Of a DNA stretch of 64,000 nt, positions 48,157 to 57,591 are shown in pieces. The translations under genes and the position numbers were made by a program. The DNA lies in contig OZ271840.1 of assembly GCA_965601735.1 (NCBI GenBank), forward strand, positions 1,192,523 through 1,256,522, in the 5' to 3' direction. Position 1 is the stretch's first letter, and every line of letters begins with the position of its first letter. Origin of the DNA: Alphaproteobacteria bacterium (GTDB taxonomy: Bacteria; Pseudomonadota; Alphaproteobacteria; JBBDQX01). A model generated the notes under the pieces. That model was not told where the DNA came from and did no database searches. It saw only the letters and a list, made by a program, of their open reading frames with translations.

Positions 48157-50247
48157 GTGAGCGGCCTGTCCCTCGGCATCGATATCGGCGGCACCTTCAC
48201 CGATATCGTGGTTTATGACCCGGACGCCGGGTCCCATTTCATCTGGAAGGAATCCACCACGCCGGACGATCCGGCGCGGGGCGTCGTCGACGGCATCCGC
48301 AAACTGCTGGAGGCCGAGAGCATCGACGCCGGTCGCATCGGCCGCGTGGTCCATGCCACGACCCTGTTCACCAACGCGCTGATCGAGCGCAAGGGCGCGA
48401 AGACCGGCCTGATCACCACCGCGGGCTTCCGCGACGTGCTGGAGATCGCGCGCGAGCGCAAGTACGAGCTCTACGACATCTTCATCGAGATGCCCCACGC
48501 GCTGGTGCCGCGCCATCTGCGCCGCGAGGTCGAGGAGCGGCTGTCGGAAACCGGTGCCGTGGAGACCGCGCTCGACATCGACGCCCTGACCGCGGAGGCG
48601 GACGCCCTGGTCGCCGCCGGCTGTACCTCCATCGCGGTGGTCTTCCTGCATGCCTACGCCAACCCGGCCCATGAGCAGGCGGCGGTGGCGGCGATCCGCG
48701 AAAAGCATCCTTCCGTGTCGGTAACCGCGTCGTCGGACGTCGCCCCGGAGATCCGCGAGTATGAGCGCGCCTCCACCACGGTGATCAACGCCTATGTGCG
48801 GCCGCTGGCGGAGGACTATCTCGACCGGCTGGCGGCGCAGATCCGCGACCTTGGCGCGCCGGGGCCGTTCTTCCTGATGCTGTCGAACGGCGGCCTCACC
48901 CATATCGAGGAAGCCAAGCGCAACCCGGTGCAGCTGCTGGAATCCGGCCCGGCGGCCGGCGCGCTGGCCGGCGCCTATTTTGGCCTCAACAGCGGCGAAT
49001 CCTCCGTGCTCGCCTTCGACATGGGCGGCACCACCGCCAAGGCCTGCCTGGTCGACGACGGCGAGCCGATGATCGCCTACAGCTTCGAGGCAGCCCGCGC
49101 CAAGCGCTTCATGGAAGGCTCCGGCCTGCCGGTGAAGATCTCCACCATCGAGCTGATCGAGATCGGCGCCGGTGGCGGCTCCATCGCCCATATCGATGAG
49201 CTTGGTCTGATGAAGGTGGGGCCGGAGAGCTCCGGCGCGATGCCGGGTCCGGCCTGCTACGGCCGCGGCGGCACCGGCGCGACCGTGACCGACGCGGACC
49301 TGCTGCTCGGCTATCTCAACGCGGACTTCTTCCTCGGCGGCGCCATGCAGATCGACCTGGACGCGTCCAAGGCCGCGATGCAGGGGCTGATGGACGAGAC
49401 GGGTCTTGGCCTGGTGGAGACCGCGTTCGGCATCCACGACATCGTCAATGAGAACATGGCTGCCGCCGCCCGCGTGCACATCGCCGAGCGCGGCAAGGAC
49501 CCGCGTAAATACGCCCTGCTGGCGACCGGTGGTGCTGGGCCGGTGCACGCCTATCACGTGGCGCGCAAGCTCAACCTGCGCCGGGTGGTCTGCCCGCCTG
49601 CAGCCGGGGTCGGCTCGACCATCGGGCTGCTGATGGCGCCGGCGCGGATCGACCGGGTGGTGTCCATGGTGGAGCGGCTCGACCGCATGGACTGGGACGC
49701 GTTCGAGGCCGCCTATGCCGGTCTCGAGGCGGACGCCGCCGAAGTGCTCACCGCCACCGGCGCCGATCCCAAGGCGCTGCAGGTCCGCCGCATCGCCGAC
49801 CTGCGCTATGCCGGCCAGGCATCCGAGATCGTCGTCACCCTGCCTGACGGCCCCTATGACGCCGGCACGCGTCCGGCGATCGAGGCGGCGTTCGAGGCGC
49901 TCTACAAGCAGCTATTCGCCCGCACGCTCGACGGCGTGCCGATCCAGTCGGTGAATCTGCGGGTCTCGGTCTCCGCGCCGGTGGCAGGCGGCGGCATGGA
50001 GATGACCGCGGCCAGCGCCGCCGGCGCCGATGCGCAGAAGGGCAGCCGCAAGGTCTACTTCGCGGATGCCGGCGACTATATCGACACCCCGGTCTATGAC
50101 CGCTACCGGGTGCCGGTCGGTGCGCCGATCGCCGGCCAGGCGGTGTTCGAGGAGAACGAATCCACCTTCATCGTCGGACCCGGCGCCACCAGCACGGTGC
50201 AGCCGGACGGCAGCATCGTTGTCGACCTGCCGGGAGGGGAGAGCTGA
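48157..50247 (+). CDS. Hydantoinase A/oxoprolinase family ATP-binding subunit
   Basis: GIDIGGTFTD, HATT..TNAL, REYERASTT..NAY, ESGPAAG, DMGGTT, GAGGGSI, GPACY. Confidence 0.95.
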   Translation: MSGLSLGIDIGGTFTDIVVYDPDAGSHFIWKESTTPDDPARGVVDGIRKLLEAESIDAGRIGRVVHATTLFTNALIERKGAKTGLITTAGFRDVLEIARERKYELYDIFIEMPHALVPRHLRREVEERLSETGAVETALDIDALTAEADALVAAGCTSIAVVFLHAYANPAHEQAAVAAIREKHPSVSVTASSDVAPEIREYERASTTVINAYVRPLAEDYLDRLAAQIRDLGAPGPFFLMLSNGGLTHIEEAKRNPVQLLESGPAAGALAGAYFGLNSGESSVLAFDMGGTTAKACLVDDGEPMIAYSFEAARAKRFMEGSGLPVKISTIELIEIGAGGGSIAHIDELGLMKVGPESSGAMPGPACYGRGGTGATVTDADLLLGYLNADFFLGGAMQIDLDASKAAMQGLMDETGLGLVETAFGIHDIVNENMAAAARVHIAERGKDPRKYALLATGGAGPVHAYHVARKLNLRRVVCPPAAGVGSTIGLLMAPARIDRVVSMVERLDRMDWDAFEAAYAGLEADAAEVLTATGADPKALQVRRIADLRYAGQASEIVVTLPDGPYDAGTRPAIEAAFEALYKQLFARTLDGVPIQSVNLRVSVSAPVAGGGMEMTAASAAGADAQKGSRKVYFADAGDYIDTPVYDRYRVPVGAPIAGQAVFEENESTFIVGPGATSTVQPDGSIVVDLPGGES

Positions 50248-50248
50248 C

Positions 50249-51859
50249 ATGACCGAGACCCGTTTCGATCCCGTCACCCTGGAAGTGCTGTGGACGCGGC
50301 TGATCTCCAGCGTGGACGAGGCCGCTGCCGCGCTGGTGCGCACCTCCTTCTCCACCTTGGTGCGCGAGTCCTATGACTTCTCCTGCATCATCACCGACGA
50401 GAAGGGCGAGTCCCTGGTGCAGGCGACCGACAGCATCCCCTCCTTCATCGGCACCCTGCCGGCGACGGTGAAGCACTTCGTCGATGCGTTCCCGCCCGAG
50501 AGCCTGAAGCCCGGCGACATCCTGATCACCAACGACCTGCATCTCGGCACCGGCCATCTGCCCGACATCACGGTCGCCAAGCCGCTGTTCCGCGACGGCC
50601 GGCTGATCGGCTTCTCCGCCTCCACCGCGCATGCGCCGGACATCGGCGGCAAGATCCGCTCGCCCGAGCCGCGAGAGGTGTTCGAGGAAGGCTTCCAGAT
50701 CCCGATGATGAAGCTTGCCGAGGCGGGGGAGACCAACGAGACCCTGGTCGCCCTGCTGCGCAAGAACGTCCGCACCCCGGACCTCACCATGGGCGACCTG
50801 TGGGCCCAGGTGGTGGCGCTGGAGGTAATGGAGGCGCGGCTGGCCGCGCTGATGGACGATTACGGGTTGGAGGAACTGGGGCCGCTGTCGCGCGAGATCC
50901 AGGACCGCTGCGAGCGCGCCATGCGCAACGCCATCCGCGAGCTGCCTGACGGCGTTTACACCAGCGAGCTGCAGACCGACGGCCTGATGAAGGACCCGAT
51001 CACCATTAAGATGACGCTCACCGTCGATGGCGACAGCATCGTCGCCGACTACGACGGCACCGACCCCCAGGTCGACCGGGCGATCAACTGTGCCATGTGC
51101 TACACGCTGGCCATGACGTGCTACGGGGTGAAGTGCTGCACCAGCCCCAATCTGCCCAACAACGAGGGCGCGTTCCGGCCCATCACCGTGAAGGGGCCGG
51201 AAGGCTGCATCGTCAACCCGGTGTTCCCGTGTTCCGGCGGCTCGCGCATGCTGATCGGTCACTACCTGCCGATGCTGGTGTTCGGCTGCCTCGGCGAGGT
51301 GGTGCCCGACCGGGTGATGGCGGCCTGTGGCTCGCCCATGTGGGGGATGAACCAGTCCGGCGTGACGCCCGAGGGCAAGCCCTACGCCAACATGTTCTTC
51401 TACAACGGCGGCATGGGCGGCACTGTGCGCCGCGACGGGCCGACCTGCCTGAGCTGGCCGTCGAACGTCTCCTCGACCTCGGTGGAGCTGTCTGAGCTGA
51501 TCGCGCCGCTGCGCTTCAAGCACAAGAAGCTGCGCCCCGACTCGGGCGGCCGCGGCAAGCATCGCGGCGGTCTCGGCCAGGAAATCTCGCTGGAAAGCCG
51601 GTCTGACAGCCTGATCGCCGTCTCGTTCCTTGCTGAACGAACCCTGTTCCCCGCCTTCGGCATCCAGGGCGGCGAGGCCGGCGCGCCGGGCGAGCTGGAG
51701 GTCAACGGCGAACGGGTCGATCCGAAGCGCCAGTATGTGCTGAAGCGCGGCGACACGGTGGTGATGCGCACCCCCGGCGGCGGCGGCCACGGTAACCCGG
51801 ATGACCGCGACGCGGCGCTGACCGAACGCGACGCCTTCGAGGGGTATGTCAGCGGCTAG
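50249..51859 (+). CDS. Hydantoinase B/oxoprolinase family subunit
   Basis: RTSFS..VRE..DFS, PGDILITND...GTGHLPD, H.PDIGG, EEG, DSGG.GKHRGG.GQ, TPGGGGHG. Confidence 0.95.
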   Translation: MTETRFDPVTLEVLWTRLISSVDEAAAALVRTSFSTLVRESYDFSCIITDEKGESLVQATDSIPSFIGTLPATVKHFVDAFPPESLKPGDILITNDLHLGTGHLPDITVAKPLFRDGRLIGFSASTAHAPDIGGKIRSPEPREVFEEGFQIPMMKLAEAGETNETLVALLRKNVRTPDLTMGDLWAQVVALEVMEARLAALMDDYGLEELGPLSREIQDRCERAMRNAIRELPDGVYTSELQTDGLMKDPITIKMTLTVDGDSIVADYDGTDPQVDRAINCAMCYTLAMTCYGVKCCTSPNLPNNEGAFRPITVKGPEGCIVNPVFPCSGGSRMLIGHYLPMLVFGCLGEVVPDRVMAACGSPMWGMNQSGVTPEGKPYANMFFYNGGMGGTVRRDGPTCLSWPSNVSSTSVELSELIAPLRFKHKKLRPDSGGRGKHRGGLGQEISLESRSDSLIAVSFLAERTLFPAFGIQGGEAGAPGELEVNGERVDPKRQYVLKRGDTVVMRTPGGGGHGNPDDRDAALTERDAFEGYVSG

Positions 51860-51871
51860 GCGCAGCCGCCA

Positions 51872-52807
51872 TCAGTTCACCTTGAAGCGCGGCGCTTCGC
51901 CGCGCAGGACACGGAGCACCTCTTCGACGGCGGTGACGCCCATACCGATCATGCCCTGTTCGGACATGCCGCCCAGATGCGGCGTGGCCACCAGGGTATC
52001 CAGCGCCAGCAGCGGGTGATCCTGAGGCGGCGGTTCGGTGACGAATACGTCGAGCCCGGCGCCGCCGAGATGGCCCGAAACCAGTGCGTCGTGCAGGGCC
52101 GCCTCGTCGACCACGCCGCCACGGGCGACGGACAGCAGGATCGCGCCGGGCTTCATCGCCGCCAGGGCGTCCACGCCGATCATACCCCGGGTCTCGTCGG
52201 TCAGTGGCGTGTGCAGGGACACCATGTCGCTTTCCGCCAGCAAGGTATCGAGGTCCACCGGCGTCATCACGTCGGCCAGTTCCGCCCATCGCGCCTCGTC
52301 GAGATAGGGATCGCAGCCCAGCACGCGCTTGCCGAAGCCGCGCTGGAAGGCGGCGGCGACGCCGCTGCCGATGGCGCCCACGCCGACGACGCCCAGCGTC
52401 CCGCCGCCCAGTTCCACCCCCATGCGATCCGGGGCCGGGGCGGTATCGCCGGCGCGGAGCAACCGGTCGGACAGGGCGATTCGCCGGCCCACGGCAAGCG
52501 CCAGCGCCACCGTCATTTCGACCACCGCGTTGGTGTTGGCGCCGGGCGTATTGGTCACCGCGATGCCGCAGTCGCGCGCCGCATCCAGGTCGATGTTGTC
52601 GTAGCCGACCCCGTGCCGGGCGACGACCCTGAGCTTGGCGGCGCTATTCAGGGCTGGCCGGTCGAACACCGTGCCGCGCACAACGATGCCGTCGGCCTCG
52701 GCCGGCCAACCGGCGACCGCCGCGTCGTCCCACAGCACCGCCTCGACGTGCTCGCGCAGCAGCGCGACGGCGTCCGGGTGAATCTGATCGACCACGAAAA
52801 CTTTCAT
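51872..52807 (-). CDS. D-isomer-specific 2-hydroxyacid dehydrogenase (array position 1)
   Basis: RHGVGYDNID, GVGAIG, ARGG, DVF..EP, TPH; no ACT domain. Confidence 0.93.
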   Translation of the reverse strand: MKVFVVDQIHPDAVALLREHVEAVLWDDAAVAGWPAEADGIVVRGTVFDRPALNSAAKLRVVARHGVGYDNIDLDAARDCGIAVTNTPGANTNAVVEMTVALALAVGRRIALSDRLLRAGDTAPAPDRMGVELGGGTLGVVGVGAIGSGVAAAFQRGFGKRVLGCDPYLDEARWAELADVMTPVDLDTLLAESDMVSLHTPLTDETRGMIGVDALAAMKPGAILLSVARGGVVDEAALHDALVSGHLGGAGLDVFVTEPPPQDHPLLALDTLVATPHLGGMSEQGMIGMGVTAVEEVLRVLRGEAPRFKVN

Positions 52808-52817
52808 CGCTGCCGCC

Positions 52818-53747
52818 TCACACCACCGGGTCCGCGGGCTCTTCGCCCGCGAGTACCGCCTGGATCTGGCCGACGCAGGTCAGCCCGATGGTGCGCAGGG
52901 CGTTCCCGGTGTAGCCGCCGATATGACGGGTCGCGATGAAGTTGGGCCGGGCCAGCAGCGGATGATCTGGGTCGGCCGGTTCCTTGGCGAAGACATCGGA
53001 GGCTGCGCCAGCCAGCGCGCCGCGTGCGAGCGCATCCGCCAGCGCCGCTTCGTCCACAAGTCCGCCGCGCGCCACGTTGACGAGGCGGGCCGAGGGTTTC
53101 ATGGCAGCGAGCGCAGTGGCGTCGATCAGGTGGCGGGTTTCGTCGGTGAGCGGCGCGGCAACGACGACGAGGTCGGATGCTGCCAGGAGGCTGTGCAGAT
53201 TGTCATGCCGGGCTATATCGAGGGGCCAGTCCGCCGGCGCGAGGTGCGGGTCGAAGCCGGCGGCGGCCATGCCCAGCCCGTCGCGAAACATGGTCGCGGC
53301 GGTGCGGCCGATGCGGCCCAGGCCCACCAGGCCCACGGTGCTGCCGCGCAACTCGGTGCCCATCAGGGCGGGCCGGTCGAGCGTGCCGCCCGGCCGCAGG
53401 GCGTTGTCGGCGGTGACCACATGGCGCGCCAGGGACAACGCGAGTCCGACCGCCAGCTCGGCCACCGCGCGCGCGTTGCCGCCCGGCGTCCAGGTCACCC
53501 GGACGCCATGCCGGCGGCAGGCGTCGAGATCGACCGAGTCGAGGCCCACCCCGTGTTTGGCGGCGATCTTGAGCCGCTTGGCGCGTTCGAGGGTCTCGGC
53601 ATCGATGCGGGTAAAGCCGAAGATCAGTGCGTCCGCTTCCTCTGGCCAGCGCGGGAAGGCCGGATCGGCCCGGCCTGTCAGCGTGCCGCTGCGCTCGATC
53701 TCAGCCACCGCATCGGGGTGCAGCGGCATGTCGGTGAAGACGCGCAT
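52818..53747 (-). CDS. D-isomer-specific 2-hydroxyacid dehydrogenase (array position 2)
   Basis: KHGVGLDSVD, GLGRIG, ARGG, DVF..EP, TRH. Confidence 0.93.
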   Translation of the reverse strand: MRVFTDMPLHPDAVAEIERSGTLTGRADPAFPRWPEEADALIFGFTRIDAETLERAKRLKIAAKHGVGLDSVDLDACRRHGVRVTWTPGGNARAVAELAVGLALSLARHVVTADNALRPGGTLDRPALMGTELRGSTVGLVGLGRIGRTAATMFRDGLGMAAAGFDPHLAPADWPLDIARHDNLHSLLAASDLVVVAAPLTDETRHLIDATALAAMKPSARLVNVARGGLVDEAALADALARGALAGAASDVFAKEPADPDHPLLARPNFIATRHIGGYTGNALRTIGLTCVGQIQAVLAGEEPADPVV

Positions 53748-53753
53748 GGCGGC

Positions 53754-54710
53754 TTACGGGTTGACGACGCTCTCGGGCGCGCCGCCGTCGAGCACATTCA
53801 GCAGCCGGTCCGCGACGGCGAGCCCGCTGGCGATGCGGCTTTCCCGCTGGGTCCCTGCAATGTGGTACGTGCCGACGAACTCCGGCAGCTCGAACAGCGG
53901 ATGGTCGGCGGGTGGCGGTTCCTGCTCGAACACGTCCAGCGCCGCGCCCCAGATGGTGCCGGCGCGCAGGGCGTCATACAACGCCTGCTCGTCGATGATG
54001 CCACCGCGCGCGGCGCTCACCACCATCGCGTCCGGTTTCATCAGGGCGAGTCGGCCGGCGTTGATCAAGTGGCGCGAGTCCGGTGTCAGTGGGATGTGGA
54101 TCGACAGCAGGTCGATCTGCGGCAGCATGTCCTCCAGTGTCTCGCAGCGGCGCACCGGGCAGGGCAGGCTGTCCCACGCCGCCTCAGGCAAGCCGGGATC
54201 GTAGCCGAGCACCGTCATGTCGAAGGCGCCGTGCCACTTCTTGGCAACCTTGGAGCCGATGTTGCCAAGCCCGATGACGCCCACCGTCTTGTCCTGGAAG
54301 CCGATGCCGTAGAAGTCCTCGCGGGTGACCTCCCGGCCATCACGCAGGTAGCGGTCGCACTTCGGCACCCGCCGGGCGGCGGCGAGCGCGAGCGTCATCG
54401 ACAATTCCGCCACCGCCTCGGAATTGACGCCCGGGATATTCATCACCGGGATGCCCTTGGCCTTGGCGGCGGCGAGGTCGATGTTGTCGCAGCCGACCCC
54501 GTGCTTGACGATGCCGCGCACCTTCTGCGCGCGCGCAAGTTCTTCACCGGTGATGCGCGCCTCGCGGACGATCACGCCATCGGCCTGCTCCGGCCAGTCG
54601 CCGACCGCCGGGTCGTCCCATAGCACCAGGTCGCAGCCGGCGCTGCGCAGGCGTTCGACGCCGGCCTCATTAATGTAGTTGAGGACGTAGACCGTCCGTT
54701 CGTTGCTCAT
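53754..54710 (-). CDS. D-isomer-specific 2-hydroxyacid dehydrogenase (array position 3)
   Basis: KHGVGCDNID, GLGNIG, ARGG, DVF..EP, TYH. Confidence 0.93.
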   Translation of the reverse strand: MSNERTVYVLNYINEAGVERLRSAGCDLVLWDDPAVGDWPEQADGVIVREARITGEELARAQKVRGIVKHGVGCDNIDLAAAKAKGIPVMNIPGVNSEAVAELSMTLALAAARRVPKCDRYLRDGREVTREDFYGIGFQDKTVGVIGLGNIGSKVAKKWHGAFDMTVLGYDPGLPEAAWDSLPCPVRRCETLEDMLPQIDLLSIHIPLTPDSRHLINAGRLALMKPDAMVVSAARGGIIDEQALYDALRAGTIWGAALDVFEQEPPPADHPLFELPEFVGTYHIAGTQRESRIASGLAVADRLLNVLDGGAPESVVNP

Positions 54711-54741
54711 GCCTTCCCTCCGAAATACCGCGCAGGCGCGG

Positions 54742-55689
54742 TCAGTTGACGACGTTGCGGGTCTCGCCCTTCTCCACCGCGTCCAACACCTGCTCGGCGC
54801 ACATCACCGCGCAGCGCGCCCGCGAATCCTCCGCTGCGCCGGCCAGGTGCGGCGTGCCGACGAAGGTCTCCAGGGTGTACAGCGGATGGTTCGCCTTCGG
54901 CGGCTCCTCGTCGAACACATCCAGTGCCGCGCCCCAGATGGTGCCGTCCTTGAGCGCGTTAAAAAGCGCCGCCTCATCGACCACGCCGCCGCGTGCGGCG
55001 CTGATCAGCATCGCCGTCGGCTTCATGGTCTGCAGCGCCTGCACCCCGATCAGGGCGCGGGTTTCTTCGGTCAGAGGCACATGGACCGAAACCAGGTCGG
55101 CGCGCGCGAGCAGGCCGTCGACGTCGGTGCAGCGTTCCACCGGCACGTCTAGGTCGGTCCATGCGGGTTCTGGCAGGTGCGGGTCGTAGCCCAGCACCGT
55201 CATGTCATAGGCGCGATGCCATTTCGGCGCTAGCCGCCGGCCGATGTTGCCCATGCCGATGATGCCGACGGTCTTGCCTTCAAAGCCCCGGCCATCGAAA
55301 TCCTCGCGCGCCACCTTGCGTCCCTGGCGCAGCCAGCGGTCGGCCATGGCGACCCGGCGGGCGAGAACGTGCGCCAGGCCGAAGGCGAACTCCGCGACCG
55401 CCTCGGCGTTCACCCCGTGGGTGTTCATCACCGGAATGCCGTGGGCGCGGGCGGCATCCAGGTCGATGTTCTCGACGCCGATGCCGTGCTTGCTCACCGC
55501 TTTCAGCTTCTTGGCGCGGGCAAACTCGTCGGGCGTAAGCTTGGTCGGCATGCGCACGATGATGCCCTCGGCCTCCTCGCGCCAGTTTTCCTTCCGCGGA
55601 TCGTCCCAAAGCACCAGGGTGGAAGCGCGCGCGCGCAGAATCGCCACACCGTCCGGATGGATCGGGTCGAGTACGTAGATCACGCTCAT
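54742..55689 (-). CDS. D-isomer-specific 2-hydroxyacid dehydrogenase (array position 4)
   Basis: KHGIGVENID, GMGNIG, ARGG, DVF..EP, TPH. Confidence 0.93.
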   Translation of the reverse strand: MSVIYVLDPIHPDGVAILRARASTLVLWDDPRKENWREEAEGIIVRMPTKLTPDEFARAKKLKAVSKHGIGVENIDLDAARAHGIPVMNTHGVNAEAVAEFAFGLAHVLARRVAMADRWLRQGRKVAREDFDGRGFEGKTVGIIGMGNIGRRLAPKWHRAYDMTVLGYDPHLPEPAWTDLDVPVERCTDVDGLLARADLVSVHVPLTEETRALIGVQALQTMKPTAMLISAARGGVVDEAALFNALKDGTIWGAALDVFDEEPPKANHPLYTLETFVGTPHLAGAAEDSRARCAVMCAEQVLDAVEKGETRNVVN

Positions 55690-55701
55690 GGTCCCGCCCC
55701 C

Positions 55702-56643
55702 TCAGTTGACCAGGTTGACCGGCTCCTTGCCGGCCAGGAAATCAAGGATCTGCTGCGCCGCCATTTCCGAGCAGCGCGCCTTGGTCTCCACCGCGCCGGC
55801 GCCGATATGGGGCGTACCGACGAAGCTCGGGATGGTGAACAGCGGGTGGTCGGGCGGCGGCGGCTCCTTCTCGAACACATCCAGCGCTGCGCCGTACAGC
55901 CGTCCTTCCGACAACGCGGCATAGAGCGCCATTTCGTCGACAATGCCGCCGCGCGCGTCACTGACGATGCTGGCGGTCGGCTTCATCAGGCGGATTTCCT
56001 TGTCGCCGATCAGACCGCGGCTCTCGTCGGTCAGCGGAATGTGGATGGTCAACAAGTCGATCTCGGGCAGCATTTGCTCAAGCGTATCCATCGGGGTCGC
56101 CGGCACGTCCAAGGTCTCCCATCCCTGGGGCGGCATCCAAGGATCGTAGGCCAGCACCGTCATGTCGAAAGCGCCATGCCATTTTTTCGCTACCCGCCGG
56201 CCGATGTTGCCCATGCCGATGACTCCGACCGTCTTGCCCCACCAGCTGGCGCCGACATAGGCGTGCTGGTCGAACGGCTTGCCGGCACGCATGTCCCGGT
56301 CGCCCATGACGATGCGGCGCGACATGCCCAGCGCCAGCGCGATGGCGAGCTCGGCAACCGCCTCGGAGTTCGCGCCCGGCGTGTTGACTACCGGAATGCC
56401 CTTCGCGCGCAGGCCGGCCAAGTCGATGGCATCGCAGCCGATGCCGTGCTTGGAGACGATCTGCGCCTTGGCGATGCGGGCTACCAGATCAGGCGTGATC
56501 GGCGACTGGCGCACCAGCACCGCGTCCGCTTCCTCCGGCCACTGGTCGCGGCGCGGGTCGTCCCACATCACCACATCGGCATGCTGTTTCAGCAGCTCTG
56601 GTCCCTTCGGGTGCATCGCATCGAGTACGAAGATCGTCGTCAC
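55702..56643 (-). CDS. D-isomer-specific 2-hydroxyacid dehydrogenase (array position 5)
   Basis: KHGIGCDAID, GMGNIG, ARGG, DVF..EP, TPH; GTG start overlapping the upstream stop. Confidence 0.93.
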   Translation of the reverse strand: MTTIFVLDAMHPKGPELLKQHADVVMWDDPRRDQWPEEADAVLVRQSPITPDLVARIAKAQIVSKHGIGCDAIDLAGLRAKGIPVVNTPGANSEAVAELAIALALGMSRRIVMGDRDMRAGKPFDQHAYVGASWWGKTVGVIGMGNIGRRVAKKWHGAFDMTVLAYDPWMPPQGWETLDVPATPMDTLEQMLPEIDLLTIHIPLTDESRGLIGDKEIRLMKPTASIVSDARGGIVDEMALYAALSEGRLYGAALDVFEKEPPPPDHPLFTIPSFVGTPHIGAGAVETKARCSEMAAQQILDFLAGKEPVNLVN

Positions 56644-57584
56644 GGTTTCCCTCCCTCTTCTTGTCCGCCGACCCGCACCACCCGCTCGGCGAGGACCGCC
56701 AGCGCCTCCTCAAGGTCCGGCACGGTGCCGTCGGCAGGGACCACCCCGGCGTCGAGCGTCCGGGTATGGCTACGCAAGGTGGCGGCCGACATCAGCGGCT
56801 CGATTCCTGTCTCGCGCAAATTCTCATTCACCTTGCCCACCTCTTCCAGCCGCCGCTCCACATGCACCAGGTGCGTGGTGACGATTCGGGTCAGCAGGTC
56901 GCGGAACGGCAGACGGTCCACATCGGCGACGCAATCCAAAACCTCGTCCAGCAGGCCCTGGGCGCGCGCGGCGACGAGGCATTCGACGCTCAGTGCCTCG
57001 ATGCCCTTCATCAGCACGCTGCGCAGCATCTTCACCGCCGAGGCCTCGCCCGGTGTTTCCGACAACGCCTTGGCGGAAAAGCCGAGCGGCGTCATCCAGG
57101 TTGCCATATCGGCGGCGCGGGGACCCGACAGCAGCATCGGTGCGCGGTAGCCCAGCGCGTAGAACACGCCAACCACCCCGACATCGACATAGTCGAAACC
57201 GGCGGCTGTCATGCGCGCCGCGATCGCTGCGGTTTCGCGCCGGGTGATGGTGTTGAGGTCGAGGAACAGGGTGCCCGGCGCCATCCAGGGCGCGGCAGCG
57301 TCGGCGGCGGCGTCTGCCGCATCCCCGGTGACCGCGCAGAACACCAGGGACGCCTCGCCCAGCGCCGGGCCGTAGTCCGCGGACAGCGCCACATCCAGCT
57401 CTGCGGCGCGGGCCGTCATCGCTGCGCTGCGCGCATCGCCGGCAGCGGCGGTATCGACCGCGATCAACTGCCGGCCAGGGACCGCATCGCGCCACCCGGA
57501 CTCGCCGGCGAGGCCCCGGGCCAGCGCGGTGCCGGCCTCGCCGAACCCGATCAGCGCAATGGTGTAGGGATCGGGTGATGCCAT
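56640..57584 (-). CDS. NAD(P)-dependent oxidoreductase, beta-hydroxyacid dehydrogenase-like (DUF1932-type C-terminus)
   Basis: IGFGEAG, DLNT, GEASAVKMLRSVLMKGIEAL..ECL, H.ERR.EE. Confidence 0.85.
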   Translation of the reverse strand: MASPDPYTIALIGFGEAGTALARGLAGESGWRDAVPGRQLIAVDTAAAGDARSAAMTARAAELDVALSADYGPALGEASLVFCAVTGDAADAAADAAAPWMAPGTLFLDLNTITRRETAAIAARMTAAGFDYVDVGVVGVFYALGYRAPMLLSGPRAADMATWMTPLGFSAKALSETPGEASAVKMLRSVLMKGIEALSVECLVAARAQGLLDEVLDCVADVDRLPFRDLLTRIVTTHLVHVERRLEEVGKVNENLRETGIEPLMSAATLRSHTRTLDAGVVPADGTVPDLEEALAVLAERVVRVGGQEEGGKP

Positions 57585-57591
57585 CGCGGGT

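Noticed and set aside
51872-56643. serA assignment, or assembly-duplicated copies
   Set aside because: No ACT domain, and the copies are substantially diverged in protein sequence, which argues against an assembly duplication.
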